Source: Balanoglossus misakiensis
Taxonomy: Eukaryota > Animalia > Hemichordata
Assembly: GCA_040954595.2 (NCBI GenBank)
Contig: CM082588.2
Coordinates: 6,212,202-6,276,201 of the forward strand
DNA: 64,000 nt
Direction: 5' to 3'
Shown in pieces: positions 62,401 to 64,000 of the stretch (position 1 is its first letter; every line of letters starts with the position of its first letter). The notes below the pieces were generated by a model. It did no database searches and was not told the origin of the DNA. It saw only the letters and a list, made by a program, of their open reading frames with translations. The translations under genes and the position numbers were made by a program.

Positions 62401-64000
62401 TACACCCCTGCCTATAGTTTTTCATTGTGATATTTCAAGTTTTAGTGGCCAGTCACAACCAAATAGCTTTATACATTATACTTCTAAAGACTGCAAATTT
62501 ACAAAGATGTATGTAGTACCATGGAGGTATTACACTCCTAGTCCTACCTCCATAGTAATACATTGCAGATAAATTAATGCATACATCATGTACATATCAG
62601 TGTTCTCCCCAAAGCAATTAAAGCATAGTGGCCACTATACTCTTTAATTTTGAGAAGACAAAATAACTTAATTAACATAACAATTATATATAGGTATTGT
62701 TATGCAAATAAGTCGCTACTTTATCAGATATTCCTGGGGAGAACACTGCATTTTTACAATATATACACCACTCAGTGTTGCTACTGTTGTTGTACCAGTA
62801 GGCAATACATTGTATGCATAAACATTTAACAACAAGCAGCCCTTGCCTTCGCTATTACATTGAACAACATATACTCACTGTTTTTCACAGTCGGGCACAC
62901 GGTGGCACCGTTCACACCAAATTAAATGCTCAAAATCACCCTACAATGCTAGAAAACCCGACACACTTGCATAAGCACGACTGTACTATGTATATCTGCG
63001 AGTATGTAGGTCAACGTGGTGACCTTATAACCTGAGGTCAAAGGTCACCCGAGTGCACCCACAATGCTTTGCTGTATAAACAAACTTTCAAATATGGCTG
63101 CCTGAGTCAACAACCATAAAAAGACCCTTTCTAATGGATTTGAAGTGCCTGCACAATGTAGATAGGATTGTACCTCCGGCAATGTGCCACTTCGGTGCTC
63201 AGTAGGTCAGCACAGTTGTCAAAAGCCCACTCGAGCAAAGCGGAGCTGAAGTGTGGTGCAAAATGGACATTTGTGTTTGATTCTGCCAGGTCAAAATTGT
63301 TACCTGATGCACGCAAGGAGTTCAATACGTTGTAGCCACAATTACTTGTAAATTTGTGGCTTCTGATAATCAAATAGTGACAGCATCAGCTTTCAAGCAG
63401 TTATTCCATGCCAGCTGGGCCAATTTACATGTATGCCACACCTAATATAGTAACTGAGCTGACATAACAACTCACTGTCCCAGGTAGCCCGGTCTCAATA
63501 CCCAGTGTGTTTTAGAAAGACTATCACACTGTGTGTGGAGACCAGGCTATGTCCCAGGCTGCCAGCCTAAAACACTACACTGAACTTACTACCTTGTATT
63601 GTATTTGAGACATATTTTTGTTTGCTGTTTGACATGCTTACATTTGTAATGTACTTTCAAAATTGATCACTGCCAATAAACATTCAATGATGCTACAAAA
63701 CAAGTAATGACTATTATAGTGATTGACCCCTGGGTAAAAATATCTTGGTAACATAATCACCAGAGAAAAGCGCTGACGAACGAACGCCGAAGGCAGAAAT
63801 ATTAGCATCAAGAAAAGCGACCCACCGCCCTGAAATCTCCAGGGTCTCACATCCGCACTCTGGTCTCCCAGAAGCACCGGGAGAATGTAAACAAACGAGA
63901 CGTTAGAAATACAAAACTCATATCATACTCACATTATTCTGTTTCAAAACATCCAGAGCAGTGTTTACATTATTGAGACGATGTACAAGAAAGTGACCTC
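23039..64000 (-). CDS. DMD: Dystrophin (dystrophin/utrophin family) multi-exon gene, partial: CH1 end, CH2, hinges 1-2 and spectrin-repeat rod; gene continues beyond both window edges
   Basis: 32 phase-compatible GT-AG exons. Diagnostic peptides: [132 protein letters not shown]. Confidence 0.97.
24588..24887 (-). CDS. DMD: Dystrophin exon (about exons 39+40)
   Basis: [23 protein letters not shown]...[40 protein letters not shown]; 300 bp. Confidence 0.93.
25400..25545. repeat. Perfect 73 bp tandem duplication
   Basis: tcaaacacagctggcaagcc...tgtgcctacaaga occurs twice. Confidence 0.92.
25901..26644 (-). CDS. DMD: Large dystrophin exon (exon 38 position) carrying a long E/V/P/T-rich and poly-Ser low-complexity insert
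   Basis: 744 bp open frame, phase 0-0, ctgcag acceptor and gtgaga donor, coding-like GC-rich codon usage; ends in the helical segment [28 protein letters not shown]. Confidence 0.85.
26281..26370 (-). repeat. Coding 30 bp tandem repeat x3 (EVEFEPV/IxKx)
   Basis: [30 protein letters not shown] within the large exon. Confidence 0.88.
29619..29777 (-). CDS. DMD: Dystrophin exon (about exon 37)
   Basis: [53 protein letters not shown]. Confidence 0.93.
34004..34147 (-). CDS. DMD: Dystrophin exon (about exon 36)
   Basis: [48 protein letters not shown]. Confidence 0.9.
35178..35360 (-). CDS. DMD: Dystrophin exon (about exon 35)
   Basis: [61 protein letters not shown]. Confidence 0.92.
35531..35857 (-). 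CDS. DMD: Dystrophin exon (about exons 33+34)
   Basis: 327 bp, [32 protein letters not shown]...[22 protein letters not shown]...ELEWSE. Confidence 0.95.
35982..36162. mobile_element. Tc1/mariner (pogo/Tigger-like) MITE
   Basis: TA-CAGTCAAACCTGT...ACAGGTTGGACTG-TA terminal inverted repeats with TA target duplication. Confidence 0.8.
36198..36371 (-). CDS. DMD: Dystrophin exon (about exon 32)
   Basis: 174 bp, [33 protein letters not shown]...[11 protein letters not shown]. Confidence 0.94.
36492..36620 (-). CDS. DMD: Dystrophin exon (about exon 31)
   Basis: [43 protein letters not shown]. Confidence 0.88.
36715..37015. repeat. ~63 bp minisatellite, about 5 diverged copies, abutting an exon donor
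   Basis: Recurring ttcaatgacgccaaactggatcagatcacaaaacaactca. Confidence 0.88.
37016..37177 (-). CDS. DMD: Dystrophin exon (about exon 30)
   Basis: 162 bp, [54 protein letters not shown]. Confidence 0.92.
38151..38309. repeat. Compound (TCTG)/(TG)/(TATG)/(TC) microsatellite
   Basis: Direct reading. Confidence 0.75.
38312..38464 (-). CDS. DMD: Dystrophin exon (about exon 29)
   Basis: [51 protein letters not shown]. Confidence 0.88.
38675..38815 (-). CDS. DMD: Dystrophin exon (about exon 28)
   Basis: [47 protein letters not shown]. Confidence 0.9.
38939..39112 (-). CDS. DMD: Dystrophin exon (about exon 27)
   Basis: [58 protein letters not shown]. Confidence 0.9.
39487..39813 (-). CDS. DMD: Dystrophin exon (about exons 25+26)
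   Basis: [20 protein letters not shown]...[17 protein letters not shown]...LRKYQ; 327 bp. Confidence 0.93.
40180..40509 (-). CDS. DMD: Dystrophin exon (about exons 23+24)
   Basis: [23 protein letters not shown]...[30 protein letters not shown]; 330 bp. Confidence 0.93.
40727..41056 (-). CDS. DMD: Dystrophin exon (about exons 21+22)
   Basis: [17 protein letters not shown]...[24 protein letters not shown]...LEDQLQKYQ; 330 bp. Confidence 0.92.
41109..41202. mobile_element. ~90 bp piggyBac-like MITE copy
   Basis: TTAA-ACTCTTTCACC...GGTGAAAGGG-TTAA. Confidence 0.78.
41362..41603 (-). CDS. DMD: Dystrophin exon (about exon 20)
   Basis: 242 bp, [29 protein letters not shown]...[10 protein letters not shown]; ttttag acceptor, gtaagt donor. 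Confidence 0.93.
42661..42748 (-). CDS. DMD: Dystrophin exon (about exon 19); may extend to an alternative donor at 42607
   Basis: [29 protein letters not shown]; two phase-1 donors (G/gtagta at 42661, C/gtaagt at 42607). Confidence 0.82.
42945..43037. mobile_element. ~90 bp piggyBac-like MITE copy
   Basis: TTAA-CACTTTCACC...GGTGAAAGGG-TTAA. Confidence 0.8.
43111..43467 (-). CDS. DMD: Dystrophin exon (about exons 17+18, hinge 2 / repeat 4)
   Basis: Thr-rich segment and [10 protein letters not shown] hinge-2 motif, then [27 protein letters not shown]; 357 bp, phase 0-0. Confidence 0.9.
43822..44004 (-). CDS. DMD: Dystrophin exon (about exon 16)
   Basis: [27 protein letters not shown]...[18 protein letters not shown]; gtaagg donor. 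Confidence 0.93.
44558..44796 (-). CDS. DMD: Dystrophin exon (about end of exon 13 plus exons 14-15)
   Basis: (A)[55 protein letters not shown]...VKTLK. Confidence 0.93.
45378..45468 (-). CDS. DMD: Dystrophin exon (about exon 13, 5' part)
   Basis: [30 protein letters not shown]; gtaagt donor, phase 1. Confidence 0.95.
46262..46406 (-). CDS. DMD: Dystrophin exon (about exon 12)
   Basis: [48 protein letters not shown]. Confidence 0.93.
46546..46638. mobile_element. ~90 bp piggyBac-like MITE copy (opposite orientation to 41109 and 42945)
   Basis: CCCTTTCAC...GTGAAAGGG-TTAA. Confidence 0.78.
46895..47076 (-). CDS. DMD: Dystrophin exon (about exon 11)
   Basis: 182 bp, [60 protein letters not shown]; gtaagt donor. 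Confidence 0.95.
48577..48726 (-). CDS. DMD: Dystrophin exon (about exon 10, spectrin repeat 1)
   Basis: [50 protein letters not shown]. Confidence 0.93.
51057..51203 (-). CDS. DMD: Probable dystrophin hinge-1 exon (about exon 9), proline-rich
   Basis: 147 bp, phase 0-0, [49 protein letters not shown]. Long pyrimidine tract plus ccag acceptor, AAG/gtttgt donor, GC-rich island in an AT-rich intron. Confidence 0.75.
52124..52266 (-). CDS. DMD: Dystrophin exon (about exon 8, CH2 end / hinge 1 start)
   Basis: (D)[47 protein letters not shown]; ttttctcag acceptor, gtaggt donor. Confidence 0.9.
54413..54611. mobile_element. TA-flanked MITE (Tc1/mariner-type), about 200 bp
   Basis: TA-CTGTAAAACGGG...CCCGTTTTACAG-TA; inverted homologue at 61799. 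Confidence 0.85.
54940..55055 (-). CDS. DMD: Dystrophin exon (about exon 7, CH2)
   Basis: [38 protein letters not shown]; ttttgcag acceptor, gtaagg donor. Confidence 0.95.
55785..55865 (-). CDS. DMD: Dystrophin exon (3' half of exon 6 equivalent, CH2)
   Basis: [26 protein letters not shown](R); tgcag acceptor, gtgagt donor. Confidence 0.93.
56103..56191 (-). CDS. DMD: Dystrophin exon (5' half of exon 6 equivalent)
   Basis: [29 protein letters not shown](G); tttcag acceptor, gtgagt donor, ends phase 2. Confidence 0.93.
56825..56902. repeat. ~78 bp hairpin-forming inverted repeat (mini-MITE-like)
   Basis: TAGCTGCAATAATTGTAG-C-CTTGGT pairs with ACCAAG-T-CTACAATTATTGCAGCTA. Confidence 0.75.
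57109..57211. mobile_element. MITE with CAGTGTTCTCCCC terminal inverted repeats (hAT-like ends)
   Basis: CAGTGTTCTCCCCAGAA...TTCTGGGGAGAACACTG; target duplication not evident. Confidence 0.7.
58541..58616 (+). mobile_element. Truncated tRNA-derived SINE fragment
   Basis: B box GGGTTCAAATCCC in a context similar to 20971 (tactgg...gggttc..cccagac); A box missing. Confidence 0.5.
60184..60256. repeat. 39 bp imperfect tandem duplication next to the exon 5-equivalent donor
   Basis: atggtagattccactgagttccaatggggtgta and atggtagattccattaagtcccaaaggggtgta. Confidence 0.7.
60271..60363 (-). CDS. DMD: Dystrophin exon (about exon 5, CH1 C-terminus)
   Basis: 93 bp, [31 protein letters not shown]; cag acceptor, gtgagt donor. 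Confidence 0.95.
61799..62011. mobile_element. TA-flanked MITE, same family as 54413 in opposite orientation
   Basis: TA-CTGTAAAACGGGTTATTTT...AAAATAACCCGTTTTACAG-TA; the ORF track shows shared peptide-like text (EIFxISKEAT). Confidence 0.85.
62598..62748. mobile_element. MITE with CAGTGTTCTCCCC terminal inverted repeats
   Basis: CAGTGTTCTCCCCA...TGGGGAGAACACTG; same termini as 57109 but a different interior. Confidence 0.7.
63485..63549. repeat. Short TA-flanked inverted-repeat element
   Basis: TAGCCCGGTCTC...GAGACCAGGCTA. Confidence 0.55.
63933..64000 (-). CDS. DMD: Dystrophin exon (about DMD exon 4, CH1), truncated by window edge
   Basis: Encodes [22 protein letters not shown], followed by donor gtgagt. 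Confidence 0.9.

Overview
This is AT-rich eukaryotic (metazoan) genomic DNA, probably from an invertebrate deuterostome (an inference from exon architecture and repeat style). The whole window lies inside one large minus-strand gene, a dystrophin/utrophin-family orthologue. I traced 32 GT-AG exons with consistent phases (about 6.6 kb, about 2,210 codons). They run from the CH1/CH2 actin-binding domain (right edge, equivalent to human DMD exon 4) through hinges 1-2 and the spectrin-repeat rod to the equivalent of DMD exons 41-42 at 23039. Positions 1-23038 appear to be a single intron of more than 23 kb with no further dystrophin-like exon. Introns hold several MITE families (piggyBac-like, Tc1/mariner-like, hAT-like), tRNA-derived SINE heads, a Penelope-type hammerhead relic, a ~960 bp (TATG)n and several tandem duplications. 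The most notable observations are a candidate recursive splice site, candidate internal-promoter first exons, in-frame alternative donors and a 248-aa low-complexity rod insertion. No prokaryotic-type novel system is evident. Human exon numbers and sizes quoted for comparison are from memory and should be verified.
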